The notes under the pieces were generated by a model that saw only the letters and a program-made list of their open reading frames with translations, made no database searches and was not told the DNA's origin. A stretch of DNA of 64,000 nt from Octopus sinensis (Eukaryota). Each line of letters starts with the position of its first letter. Position 1 is the first letter of the stretch. The stretch spans positions 41,540,001 to 41,604,000 of the forward strand of contig NC_043006.1 of NCBI RefSeq assembly GCF_006345805.1. The letters run 5' to 3'. Below are positions 1 to 11,920 of the stretch, piece by piece. Position numbers and translations under genes: made by a program.

Positions 1-211
1 AAATAACCTGGTTTCTTTCTGTCACGTTTTACATAGTTCAACATGTTTCCAGTAAGGAAAGCATGCTCTCGTGGAGAGTCCTTTAATAAACCCATATAAG
101 TGAATGGGGAAAACACAAAATAGGAATTTTCAAAGTATTGATAAAATTAATTCTTAAACATCGAAAGGCTATGGGGTTCACCAGAGTAAAACTGTAATCT
201 AAAGTCTATAG

Positions 212-314
212 AGAAAAGAAAAAAAATGGGTTGAGATTCGTTGTCCAAGATGGAAATTACGAGAGGAACTAGTGGACCTCCACTTAGAAGACAGTCGTAC
301 AGCGCCCCACTGAG
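212..314 (+). CDS. Candidate exon A of an unidentified multi-exon gene (frame ambiguous)
   Basis: ctatAG acceptor and GAG|gtattt donor. The phase-0 frame reads RKEKKWVEIRCPRWKLREELVDLHLEDSRTAPH then TGA just before the donor. An alternative frame reads MEITRGTSGPPLRRQSYSAPL. Splice prediction by eye only. Confidence 0.3.
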
Positions 315-391
315 GTATTTGCTTCTTAATAATTGCTGACTCTACGCTGCGTTCTGGCATCCTTTTCACTAGTTTTATTTTTCTTGTTTAG

Positions 392-496
392 TTCCCAGCA
401 ACAGACATCTCCAAGCCATTCTGATGGGAGTGGCGACTTCATCACTGATGATCCGACCACATAACAGGTTGTGCTGGATTATCTGCAACATATTTA
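392..496 (+). CDS. Candidate exon B (105 nt, phase 1-1), unknown product
   Basis: Pyrimidine tract ttttcttgtttAG and gtatgt donor. Open frame PSNRHLQAILMGVATSSLMIRPHNRLCWIICNIF. More GC-rich than the flanks. Confidence 0.45.
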
Positions 497-977
497 GTAT
501 GTTTTATTTCGTTTGTTTTATTTTGAACGTCTACATTTCTAGTATACTATCGTTTCTTATTAGTCTACAGTTGGTTGTGATTTCTATATCCTGTGCGTAA
601 GTTTTAATGCATATTATTAGATCACAACCATCGAAATAAGATCAGTCTGCTCTAATTTTAGTATTATTTGGTGTTATATGTTATAATGTAAAGAATTTTT
701 ACTTAATTATGAATGCGAGGATGTCTTGATTGACGCTAGGCGATTTTTCGTTCAATAAAATTTTTAAATATAATTCAGGATGCAGTACAGAAATTCCAAA
801 TTCTTTTGTGTCCAATTTCCAAAGTTTATATTTCTATGTGTAAAATTTGTATAAACATATATATGGTATAATTTTCTAGAGTATTTAAAAACGCTTTATT
901 TGGTGGCATTTGAGCGAAAATTTTGTCGAGTTTAAAAGACACTTATCGTTATAAGTCTTTGAATTTGCTTTGTGCAG

Positions 978-1058
978 ACGACCGACATTTCCGTCCTCTT
1001 ACCGCGTTCGAATGTGTTTCTCTTCTCAGAAACACATTTCCCACGTACACTCCGCTTG
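978..1058 (+). CDS. Candidate exon D (81 nt, phase 1-1), unknown product
   Basis: tttgctttgtgcAG acceptor and strong gtaagc donor. Frame DRHFRPLTAFECVSLLRNTFPTYTPL is phase-compatible with exons B and E. Confidence 0.5.
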
Positions 1059-1596
1059 GTAAGCCTTCTCTACCATAACAGTTCCATTTCATCTTTCTTT
1101 CCATTTTTTATGGTTGGGTGGCATATTGTATTCGGTACTGAATACCTTGAATGTGTAACTTGTTTCTACAACGATTAGGTAGTATATAATGAAGATGTGG
1201 CTGTAGTGTTTTGCTGGTCGTAAATGCATCTACATTTGTTTGATCTTTGGTGGTTTATTTGTCGTTACCACAACTGAGCGAGCTACAGAGAATACGAATA
1301 TCTCGGCGAAAAACAAAGAAACATGTAATTTAATAAGCTTAAAAGAGCTTGAAGTTGAATTTGCGGAAGGAATTAGGTGAAAATGGTTGATTATGAAGCA
1401 GAGTTTGGTGTTTATTTGCGACTGTGAATTTGTTCAACAAGTGGAAGTTACAATCCTTGATGCAATCTATAAAGCGAGATGCTGTGATAATGTTTGGATG
1501 GCTTTTGTTTATCGAACAGTGTGTAATTTTGCTTTGTACAACACCTGTACTTAGGATAATACTGAGTTCTTTTAGCTTCATTCTCCCATTATACAG

Positions 1597-1734
1597 GGTT
1601 CACATTGGTTTTGTGTATGAATGACTACCCACACAAATCAACAAAAAGCAGAGATATCATACGAGCCCAGCGGGAACTAGCTATTCATTGGCTGTGTGGA
1701 GACCTGGAAAATTACCAGTTTCAGCTTGATAACT
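1597..1734 (+). CDS. Candidate exon E (138 nt, phase 1-1), unknown product
   Basis: ttctcccattatacAG acceptor. Frame FTLVLCMNDYPHKSTKSRDIIRAQRELAIHWLCGDLENYQFQLDN. The donor gtgttg is weak, so the 3' boundary is uncertain. Confidence 0.45.
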
Positions 1735-1925
1735 GTGTTGCAAGCAAAACGACTTTTCTCTATTTCCTGATTTCGATATTTTAGCATTCTAGTATCGATC
1801 AGCTTTCAGTAACACTCACTTGCTATACATGAATAGAATACTGAATAGAAGAGTTTAAAAGAAAACCTCTGCCTAATCATTAGACTTCGATCAAGATTTT
1901 ATCAGATATCTTACAATTCTTTTAG

Positions 1926-2026
1926 CTCCATCTAAAGACCCAACTGATATGCATGTTCTGTATTCTCTGTCCTTAATTCTTCAGCAACAATTTGCATATA
2001 ATTCACCACGTGACACGTATTTCTAA
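1926..2026 (+). CDS. Candidate exon F (phase 1 start, ends at TAA or an internal donor)
   Basis: acaattcttttAG acceptor. Frame PSKDPTDMHVLYSLSLILQQQFAYNSPRDTYF* is in phase with exon E. Confidence 0.4.
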
Positions 2027-2482
2027 GAAGGAAAAGATTAATAGTATTTTTTAATTTGTCTTCTTAACATGAAGCTAAATGTAGACAGTGGTGTGCAAAC
2101 TTGATTTTTCCTAATAGAAATTATTTCAGCAAAATTACATTGATTTTGAACACAATAGAATAGCTCAGCCCCAAGATACATTATATGGTACAAAAGATAC
2201 GATAGAAACTTGATGGTTTTCTTAACAATATTGGTTTTCGGAGAGTAATGCAAAACTATTAGAGGGAATCAGAATTCAACGGGGATATGTATTATGGAAT
2301 TTCAGCGCAAATATTTAAAATTATATAAACATATTTCCGAGATGAGTTTACTTCAGATTAGGATATTGACAATATGCAGCTGAACTACTTTCGATTCTAT
2401 CCACTAACCTCTGTCTATCACTCTATTTTCCGATATTCCATACAAACAGACGCACATATACATGTATAAGCTCATACATCTA

Positions 2483-2670
<188 letters not shown>

Positions 2671-2789
2671 TACCCATCCACATATAAATATACATACTTA
2701 TAAACGCACGCACGTACATAGATATTGACATGATAGAAACGGATAAAACGATAGACGGATTACATGGAGACATAAACAGATAGATAGGT

Positions 2790-2960
2790 ACACGGTATGG
2801 AGAGAAGATTGCTTTCCAACTACAAGGTCTCGGGTTGAGTCCCAATGTGTGGAACCTTGGGTAAGTGTCTTCTTCAGGCTGACCAATGCTTTGTGAGTAG
2901 ATTTGGTAAACGGAAACTGAAAGAAACCCGTCGTATATATATATGCACATACATATATAT

Positions 2961-3032
<72 letters not shown>

Positions 3033-3160
3033 TGTGTGTGTGTGTGTGTGTGTAATTATGCGTATCTGTGTTTGTCACCCCGCTCCAACCGTCTGATGCT
3101 GTTGTGTTTACGTCTCCGTAAATTAGCGGTTCAGCAAAAAACACCGATAGATTAAGTACT
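2790..3160 (+). mobile_element. tRNA-derived SINE family 1 (octopus OR-like), with internal TA/TG microsatellite, 3' truncated
   Basis: Matches the copies at 49866, 25105 and 45450 (gggttgagtccc B-box-like, gtttggtaaacggaaactgaaagaaacccgtcg, ttagcggttcagcaaaa). Confidence 0.85.
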
Positions 3161-3590
3161 ACATTATTTACAATTGACGGATACTCTTCCTCATATTGTT
3201 TGTCGTTAACGTTTAGGCTGATATACCCTCCAGCCTTCATCAGGTGTCTTGGGAAAATTTCGAACCTGGGTTCTCATTCCTAAGGAATTTTTGATGTTAT
3301 TATTATTCAGGTCACTGCCTGGAATCGAACTCGGAATCTTGGAGCGCGGGCTACTAACCCCATGATTCCGAGTTCGATTCCAGGCAATGACCTGAATAAT
3401 AATAATTATAAGAACATCGAAAAATACCTTAGGAATGAGAACCCAGTTTCGAAATTTCCCCAAGACAGCTGATGAAGGCTGGAAGGTATATCAGCCGAAA
3501 TGCTAACAAGAAACAAGATGAGGACAAATATCCGTCAACTGAAATAATGTAAATAATGTACATAATTCCTCATGTTTTAAATATAGAACT
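3161..3590. mobile_element. Head-to-head fold-back of two copies of hammerhead-bearing tRNA-SINE family 4
   Basis: 3161-3338 is the reverse complement of 3364-3550, with a 25-nt spacer. Both arms match the single copy at 36558-36803. Confidence 0.9.
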
Positions 3591-3609
3591 AGTTTAAGTT
3601 CTAAGTTCA

Positions 3610-3700
3610 AAAATAAGTCCGGGGTCGATTTCTTTGCTAAAATTCTTAAGAGCGGTGCTCTAGCTTGGCCGTTATCAAATGCCTGAAGCAGTTAAGAGTG
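3610..3700 (+). mobile_element. SINE family 1, degenerate 3' fragment
   Basis: aataagtccggggtcgatt...gcggtgctctagcttggccg matches the family tail. Confidence 0.7.
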
Positions 3701-3747
3701 AAATAATTCACACACACACACACACACGTACACGCACACACACACAA

Positions 3748-3809
<62 letters not shown>

Positions 3810-4061
3810 AGAGAAAGAGATAGTTAGATACGTGGACAGCCATATAAATATCAGGAATATTATATGATTAATTGCTACAAATTACTTCACTTTGTCTGGA
3901 AGTATACACAAAAGAATATACCCTCAACGTAAATCACAAACGCTCGCATGCGCACTAGCAAGTAATAACGTTATATGTGTGTGGGAGTGGTATACGTGGG
4001 TATACGTATATATTTTATATACATGCGTGCTGCTCACACACGTATGTATTTATATATATAT

Positions 4062-4560
4062 ACAAAATGGGACTAGGACGCAAAACATCCGGACAGTTAA
4101 GTAATACAAAAATGAGACAACAAAGCATCCAGATAGACGATACAAAGAAAACGACGACGGGTCATTCGAAGCTATATTTCCTCAGTCGAGTACCAGACTA
4201 TCTTCGCAATTTCGTCTGGTTATACACGAGATTGCTCCCATCTGGTCAGCCCCAAGAAAAAACTAAGCTAAGAGCATTAAATTCCTTGGAAGAAAGCAGC
4301 GAATGTATACAAAAACAAGGACGGAGAAGAACGGACAATGTTATACAAATACAATAAAAATAATTACAGGACATACCATCAGGTGTCTTTCGAATAAGAA
4401 GCTGGCGTGTGTGGAAATAGAGCCTTACGGTAAAGATAGACGGTTTCACAGGCACAGGGAGGAATATCGATGTTGTACGGACAATGGCCAGATCAAGAAA
4501 GAAAGATCAGGCTTGGCCGAACGCTGGTCACGTGGGAAAAGAGAGAGGTAGAGACAGAGG
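4062..4560. repeat. Dispersed repeat (family also at 5077), possibly a PLE terminal repeat
   Basis: aaaatgggactaggacgcaaaacatccgg...gggtcattcgaa is shared with 5077-5228. PLE origin is inference. Confidence 0.7.
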
Positions 4561-5076
4561 GACAGAAGAATTAAGGAGGACAAGAAAAAATTAGAGGAAT
4601 CATTGAAGTGACAAGTGGAGGGCAAGTGGGCAAGAAGAGAAGGCACAGAAATGTGAGAGAGAGTGGGGAACGAAAGAACGAAGAGTGGGATGAACGAATA
4701 CGCGTGAAAGGGCTAAAAAATACGAACGATGACAGGAGTATTTACACTTGATAGGAGTAGTTGCTTCTTCACTAAAGTATCGTACCGATTTAGTGTCGTT
4801 TTATCGTTTTATTTCTGTCTACTCTTTTAGTTCCTTTACATTTAGTTTCAAAACAGTGAAATGCTGCTTGATCCGTGATGAACTTTACTAAATCTAAGCT
4901 AATTATAAAATTTGTTAATGTATCATATAGCGTAACATTGTTAAACTATTTGGTAGTGTAACAATGATCATAGGAGTGATGTTACTTGAGATCATATATA
5001 TAGACGGAGAGATATATAGCGGGAGATGTAACAAAATGGAGACAAATAAATAAATAAATAAATATATATATATATA

Positions 5077-5260
5077 ATACAAAATGGGACGAGAACGCAA
5101 AGCATCCGGATTGGTAGGTGATACAAAAAGGGACAGCAAAACACCCAGATAGACGATACAAAGAAAACAAGGAAGGGTCATTCGAAATTTTCTGTCCTCA
5201 GTCAAGCACCAGATTATCTTCGCAATTTCGGATGCTTTGCATTCTTGTCCCATTTTGTAT
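5077..5260. repeat. Short fold-back copy of the 4062 family with ~32-bp terminal inverted repeats
   Basis: atacaaaatgggacgagaacgcaaagcatccg (5077-5108) vs cggatgctttgcattcttgtcccattttgtat (5229-5260), flanked by (TA)n. Confidence 0.85.
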
Positions 5261-5733
5261 CATATATATATATATATGTATATATAGCGGCGTACGTACA
5301 CTTTGGTCTCGTATATATATATATATGTAAACACAAAACAAAAACAATGAAAATTGTGTGCAACGAATAGGTCGTAGGAAATGGGAAGGAGATGAGCTTA
5401 TCTGAAATTACAGTAAGAAGCGAGGAAAGGAAACAGGAAAATGAATGGTGCGTATTTGATGTACGTGCTTCTGCGCCGCACACACACACACATATGTATA
5501 TATGCGTGTCTGTTCATGTTTTGTGTCTATGCTTGCATATGGACGCACGTGTGTGCCGTCCTATGTTTATTCTCTATAATGAACAAAATGGCGTTGTAAA
5601 ATTGAATTCCATAAAAAAATTTGTCGTCAAACAAGAGGCATAAAGCTAACTAAATTTACATTTCTTGTCTATTCATAAGTTTCATCCTACGCAGGAGCCA
5701 GTGCAAACATACCTACATTATATACTTACGTGC

Positions 5734-5736
<3 letters not shown>

Positions 5737-5787
<51 letters not shown>

Positions 5788-5933
5788 GGTGTGTGTGTAT
5801 GTCTGTATATATATATAAATACATATATATATGCGTGTGTGTATGTTTGCATATATATATATATATATATACATATATATGTGTAAGTCTGTGTGTGTAT
5901 ATATATATATATATACACGCACACACACACACA

Positions 5934-6020
<87 letters not shown>
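5737..6020. repeat. (TA)n/(CA)n compound microsatellite
   Basis: Directly visible. Confidence 0.95.
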
Positions 6021-6023
<3 letters not shown>

Positions 6024-6381
6024 AATTTATTATATATACTTACTGAAAAATGACCTAGTAATCAATATTAGCTGCAATGAAATCAACTCAAAAAGATTAA
6101 CGAGCGAATTATTATTCACAAGAGGAGGGTCTAGAAAACAACCACTTTCACAATCGGATTAACACAAATCCCCATATAGTTGCTGTTGTAGAAAATAGCA
6201 CTGGCGAACCAACACCACCAACAGCAACAATGGCAACAGCCACAGACATAATAAGAAAATATAATACCGGAAAGGATAACAAATACACTAACTAGACTTG
6301 GGAATTATCAGAACTGACAATGTGACATTCTTTTGGTTGTAGCTCTAGCACTATGTATACACGGTATACATACATACTAAC

Positions 6382-6461
6382 GGTGAAATTAGATAAATCG
6401 CATTCTGGAGACGTCTTTTGTGATGGAATTTGAGAACAGTGTACAAATATGTAGAATGTAT
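6382..6461 (-). CDS. Candidate minus-strand exon (80 nt), unknown product
   Basis: gtttctttcAG acceptor, gttagt donor and open frame TFYIFVHCSQIPSQKTSPECDLSNFT. Could be chance. Confidence 0.25.
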
Positions 6462-6486
6462 CTGAAAGAAACATGATATTTGTTGG

Positions 6487-6517
<31 letters not shown>

Positions 6518-6733
6518 GCTTATTCTACATCTGGCCTTCTGATCGATGCCATCATTAATTCTGAAAGCAATGTCCCATTTATTGATTAGTTTAACAATAC
6601 AAACATGTGAGCACATCTTTAAAGAATGTGTGGAGACTTCATAGGTATTTCCCTGGTGAATAAATATTGCTGAGATGTGCTTAAAGTTTCTCTCTCACTC
6701 TCTGTATATATATATGTGTGTATATATATATAA

Positions 6734-6945
6734 GGCGCAGGAGTGGCTGTGTGGTAGGTAGCTTGCCTACCAACCACATGGTTCCGGGTTCAGTCCCACT
6801 GCGTGCACCTTGAGAAAGTGTCTTCTACTATAGCCTCGGGCCCGCCAAAGAATAAGTCCCGGGGTCGAGTTGCTCGACTAAAGGCGGTGCTCCAGCATGC
6901 CCGCAGTCAAATGACTGATACAAGTAAAAGAGTAAACGGGTAAAA
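6734..6945 (+). mobile_element. SINE family 1 with internal deletion
   Basis: Intact tRNA-like head (ggagtggctgtgtggt, gggttcagtcccac) joined directly to the tail at CAAAG. Ends in gtaaaaga repeats. Confidence 0.9.
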
Positions 6946-6949
6946 GAAT

Positions 6950-7330
6950 ATATAGATACACATATATATATATAGATACACACACATGTATATATATACA
7001 TATATGTACATATATATATACACATATATATATGTACATATATATATAGATACACATATATATATATATACATATATATATACATATATATACATATATA
7101 TACATCTATATATGTACACATATATATACATATATATATATATGTACATATATACATATATATACGTATCACACACACGCATACACATACACACACACAT
7201 ATATATAAGCATATACTGACATACATATATACATTGTGTATAATGTATACTTACAAACGCATACGCGTGTGTATGTATGTACATGTATTTACATGAATAC
7301 ATATATGTAGGTATGTTTGAGCGCGTATGC
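6950..7330. repeat. Degenerate TA/CA/TG microsatellite field
   Basis: Directly visible. Confidence 0.9.
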
Positions 7331-7506
7331 GTGTATGAGTGTGTACGAGTTTGTGGTGATGTGATGCAGTTTTCTTCAACTCACCATTGCTTGCGCAGCT
7401 GACGATCATTGGAAGAAAGTTCACAAATGTATTTCCTTCTATCTACTCATGTCGAATTACTACTTGAAATTTGTATCGTTCTATTAGAACGGTTCTGCGA
7501 TTTTAG

Positions 7507-7626
7507 CGACGGCAAATATTATGCAATATGTCAGAAGAAAATTATGAGTGGAGCGCAGGAAATGTTTCTGAGGCGCTTCAAATATTTCGACATGCTTTTC
7601 GCGAACCTTCTTTAAGCCAAATGCAG
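7507..7626 (+). CDS. Candidate exon (120 nt, phase 0-0), unknown product
   Basis: gattttAG acceptor, CAG|gtttgt donor and frame RRQILCNMSEENYEWSAGNVSEALQIFRHAFREPSLSQMQ. Confidence 0.3.
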
Positions 7627-8054
7627 GTTTGTTAACGTGGTACCGCTGACAAAGATACACAGATATATCTAATTAAACTGGAATGTATCCCACACATCTA
7701 TTTGTAGATGGAGACATCTACACGTTTAGCAAACGGTCTTACTCTAATCTTGAATTTAGCAAACGGTTTTACTATAAAGTTGAATTTGACCTGTATATAA
7801 GTTAATTTATGTTGATTCATATATAATTAGACATTTGCATATATATGCATGAATATACTTCTTACATACATTTATGTATTCTTAAAGTTCTAAAAACAAA
7901 TAGATACATTATAAGGGAGAGATAGAGACAGAAGCATGTTAATAGAAGGAATTGAAGTCAGTTAAATAGAAAATGTACTGTTCTTGTAAAACTACGTAAA
8001 AGTACATTCTAGACTATGGCTGCACCGTTTATGTTTCTGGGATTGACTATTCAG

Positions 8055-8155
8055 AGAATTCTCTCCACTCAACAAAATGCATAGGGATTCTCCAGAACAA
8101 ACATTGCATGATCTAGAAAGCGTATTACAAGCATATGCATTAACCATAGGCCATG
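8055..8155 (+). CDS. Candidate exon (101 nt), faint TBC/Rab-GAP-like LxxVLxAYA motif
   Basis: Frame EFSPLNKMHRDSPEQTLHDLESVLQAYALTIGH. Not phase-compatible with its neighbours as drawn. The domain resemblance is weak. Confidence 0.2.
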
Positions 8156-8281
8156 GTTAACATACACACTAGCTTATCCTTTTTGTATCGTCTCCATGAA
8201 ATTTATTAAACACGGGTGGTAATAAATTAACTCTAAATAAAGACTCATCCAAGTCTTAATATGGGATAGATAGTTTCTCAG

Positions 8282-8344
8282 GGAAAAAGAAAGGAATTTA
8301 AGTCCACGTGGCAAACAAGGATGAGATTGGCATGTGGGAAAATG
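8282..8344 (+). CDS. Candidate exon (63 nt, phase 0-0)
   Basis: tagtttctcAG acceptor, gtcagt donor and frame GKRKEFKSTWQTRMRLACGKM. Confidence 0.3.
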
Positions 8345-8459
8345 GTCAGTCGCAACCTACTTATCATTTTATTATCTTTAAACGGCTATTTTCCCCTTTT
8401 TCGTCCTCTCTTTATTATCTTGTCTAAATTAATATATATATATATATTTGTGTCTGTGT

Positions 8460-8665
8460 GTATGTTTGTGTGTCTGTGTTTGTCCCTCAACATCGTTTGA
8501 TGCTTGTGTATTTACGCTCCCGTAACTTAGCAATTCGGCAAAAGAGACCGATAGAACAAGTACTAGTCTTACAAAGAATGATTCCTGGGGTCGATTTGCT
8601 CGACTAAAAGCGGTGCTCCAGCATGGCCACAGTCAAATGACTGAAACAAGTAAAAGAGTGAAAGA
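8460..8665 (+). mobile_element. SINE family 1, 3' half
   Basis: ttcggcaaaagagaccgatagaacaagtac...gcggtgctccagcatggccacagtcaaatgactgaaacaagtaaaagag. Confidence 0.9.
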
Positions 8666-8749
8666 GAGATGCAGCAAAAGGTAGAAAGATAGAAATACCG
8701 TAAGTGCTGGACGGAGAACAGAACGTTTATGAAACCATGGTTGTGAAGA

Positions 8750-8764
8750 GCATTTATGTTGTTG

Positions 8765-8796
<32 letters not shown>

Positions 8797-9660
8797 GGTG
8801 AAAATGACTTTGGTAATAGGGAGGCGTAGGCGGTGATGTCTCAAAGGTGACGGTGGTGGTGAGGATGATTATGGTGGAGATAGGTTGATAATGATAACGG
8901 CTGAGATTATGATTGATGACCAAGCTAAAGTACATGGTGATGGTGGTTGTCGTCTTGTGATGGTGATAGGGATGATGATCATTATCATCATGGTAATGGA
9001 GATGGTGTTGCTTGTTACTTTTACTAGCGTTGGTCACAAGATGCGTGGCCAGATGGAGGTAGTGATGAGATTTGTTGAAGCTTGAGATGATGATGGTCCA
9101 CGTATCTTATGTATGTGATGATGCTGACGTTGACGGTGGTGGTCAATACGGTGTTGATCTTGGTGAAGGTGACAGTGGTGGCAGTGATGGAGTTGTTTGT
9201 AGAAGATGTGCCAAAGTAGAAGATGAAAATGAGGAAAAAGACGGTAGTTGTGATGCTAATGATGGCAATCACCACCCCCGATTATTCGTCTGATTGTGAT
9301 GATGATGATGATGACGACCATGACGACCACGCTGATGATGATGACGACGTCGACAACGGTGATGATGATGATAACGACGATGATAATGATGATGATGATG
9401 TCGACGATGATGATGATGATGACGACGACGACGACGACGACGACGACGATGAAGATGAAGATGATAATGACAGCGACGATGAAGATGATGACGACAGCAA
9501 CGATGATGATGACGACGGCAACGATGAAGATGATTACGACGACGAAGATAATGATGGGGCGACGATGATGAGCACTATGATAAGGGAGAAAAATATATTC
9601 AAAGACGTGGTGTTGGTGTTGGTGATGCACAAGTTCGAATTTAGAATAGTGATGAAGTCT
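8750..9660. repeat. GTT/GGT/GAT/GAC trinucleotide low-complexity field
   Basis: Directly visible. It explains the poly-D, poly-S and poly-M ORFs. Confidence 0.9.
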
Positions 9661-10185
9661 AAGCAATAAAAAAACATTAAAAATAAGCTCTAAAACCATT
9701 AACTGGGTAAATGGTGGAGCTGGTGTTCTAATAGTACGATATCTGAAACGCATTCATACAAACACACGTATAGAAAAACTCAGACTCAAACGCACATAAA
9801 AAACAAGTACATAAATACGGCTTTCTTAGATTTCCCGAAGTTCATCGGTCAGTAGGTAATTTACAACAGTAGCATCCATTACGTGCAAATCAGTGTCATC
9901 TGGACGCATACTGATGCTGTTTTAATGATGCTCCTTATTGTAGCTTATATTCGAAAATATGGTGAGATGATTGTACAGTTTCTTTATTCACGAACGAAGT
10001 GCGGATACTTAAAAGCAACAGACTGATCTTTTAGTGGTCATATGTATTCCTCATTATTTGGGGTGTCACATTATTATTGATATATTTTCTAAAAGATTAT
10101 ATGAACCTCAACATACATATACTTGAGGATCCATTCCTCCATTAATCATAAGCTTCTCGCATGAGGTCAACACACACACACACAC

Positions 10186-10237
<52 letters not shown>

Positions 10238-10569
10238 TATATTCAAAAGAGATATCTTAAGAATTCAATCACTACTACCATCCAAGTCATTTCAGGGCAC
10301 TTGACCATTTAACATCCTACTACTATCATAGCACTCCCGCATTCTTTTCTTCTTCTTTCTCTCCTTCCTCTTCTTCTTCTAAAGAAGACATTGAAAGGAA
10401 TTTAATTCTCATGTCAGTCATTTTATCTCTGCCAAGAATTCACAACGACATCGAACCCACAAGTGAGACAGAGACAGAGAGAAACAAGGAAAATGCCTCT
10501 TGTATTTGAATACTATGCAAATATTCTTTTAAAAAGATTTTTTATTTTACCAAAATTCGTTTTCCATAT

Positions 10570-10612
10570 TTACAGTTGAAAAAGTCTCATTGACCGAAAC
10601 CGGTAATGAAAT
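10570..10612 (+). ncRNA. Degenerate minimal type I hammerhead-like motif (UUGAAAA core)
   Basis: TTGAAAA-aGTC-tcatt-GACc-GAAA-CCGG-TA. Stem III is the palindrome ACCGGU. Stems I and II carry mismatches. Confidence 0.4.
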
Positions 10613-10693
10613 GTTTTTTATAAAATTATTTTAGCATTTTCTACCTTGACTTTTTCCCCATATGTACATACACACACACACACACACACACAT

Positions 10694-10760
<67 letters not shown>

Positions 10761-10848
10761 CGTGTGTATGTGTGTGTGTATTGATAGATATAGATATTTA
10801 GCAATTTATGTATCATACTTAATGTAAATACGCCATAATTTACTGCAG

Positions 10849-10916
10849 TATTCGTCCGGAGAAAATATCTCCAATGGACGTGCTATGTTTAAAAGTAAAA
10901 TATATCTGAAGGAGAC
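10849..10916 (+). CDS. Candidate exon (68 nt, phase 0-2)
   Basis: tttactgcAG acceptor, gtaagt donor and frame YSSGENISNGRAMFKSKIYLKE. Confidence 0.3.
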
Positions 10917-11140
10917 GTAAGTCGTCCCAGCAGCAACCAGCAAAAATGCTACAAACTTGTATTCCTTGCTGGGTGTTTATAATTTAATCACGAGATATAG
11001 ACATTCACACACATTGGAAAAGCCCTATCATTCAGGGATGCCGAGGCTAATCTATAAATACAGGGGATTGCTGTCAATAAAAACTGTTGGCAAAATTCGA
11101 AAGAATTATTTCGGCGTTCAAAGGATACTTGCCGTTGTAG

Positions 11141-11251
11141 TGCAGCAGGAACTTTAAACTACTTAGGTTTTTATTACCTATTTACAGTCATGGGGCCCTG
11201 TGAGCGTATTTATAGTTGGTGTTACCAGCAAATAGAACTCCCGAGGAGCAG
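11141..11251 (+). CDS. Candidate exon (111 nt, phase 2-2; could start at 11064)
   Basis: cttgccgttgtAG acceptor and AG|gtaaac donor. Frame AAGTLNYLGFYYLFTVMGPCERIYSWCYQQIELPRS stays open back to 11064. Confidence 0.35.
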
Positions 11252-11766
11252 GTAAACTAGGGTTAATTGGAAAGAAAATCAGATATGCCTGGTAAAGAAC
11301 AAGTTCTTGAGTCAGGTTCACATAGTCTTCACTTCTTATAACTAATTAAATATTCTTGTTTTAGAAAGTAACTACTTTAGAAATATTTTAACGATGCTAA
11401 GCACCTAAAGTAAAGCTTGATTTAGTTGACGTAATAATTTAAATATCGCTAGCGACCGTCAATTACCAAACGATGCCAAGTCATTAGAATATTTTTAATT
11501 GCAATTTAGACAGAATAAGGTTCTTTTCATTAAGCTCTTTATAAGTTTCATAGCAAAAGAGAACGTTGATAAATTCGTTCTCCAATCAATGCAGTATTGA
11601 ACATTATGCAAATCAATTAAAACTGGATTACAAAAAGACATTCATTTTCTTGAGACATGAGTCATCAACAGACGCAATTTTCTCTGTGTTTTTGTCACTG
11701 AACATGAATAATCAAAGGACAAATATAATAAATATAAAATGAAAATGTTAAGAATATTATAATGGA

Positions 11767-11841
<75 letters not shown>

Positions 11842-11920
11842 GTTATCATCATCCTTATTATGATTGTTGTTGTTGTTGCTGTTGTTTTTGTTGTTGATAG
11901 TTTTGTTGTTGTTTTTGTCG
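11767..11920. repeat. (TAT)n and (GTT)n microsatellites
   Basis: Directly visible. Confidence 0.95.

Noticed and set aside
571-596. 26-nt micro-exon with good AG and gtaagt signals
   Set aside because: It breaks the phase of the B-D-E chain. It could be an alternative or poison exon but is unsupported.
1207-1555. About 115-codon + frame with a single TGA, suggesting readthrough or mitochondrial code
   Set aside because: It resembles no mitochondrial or other known protein, lies inside the predicted intron and is compatible with chance.
9223-9753. 148-165 aa poly-Asp, poly-Ser and poly-Ile ORFs
   Set aside because: They are translations of a GAT/GAC microsatellite, open on both strands and in several frames, with no domain.
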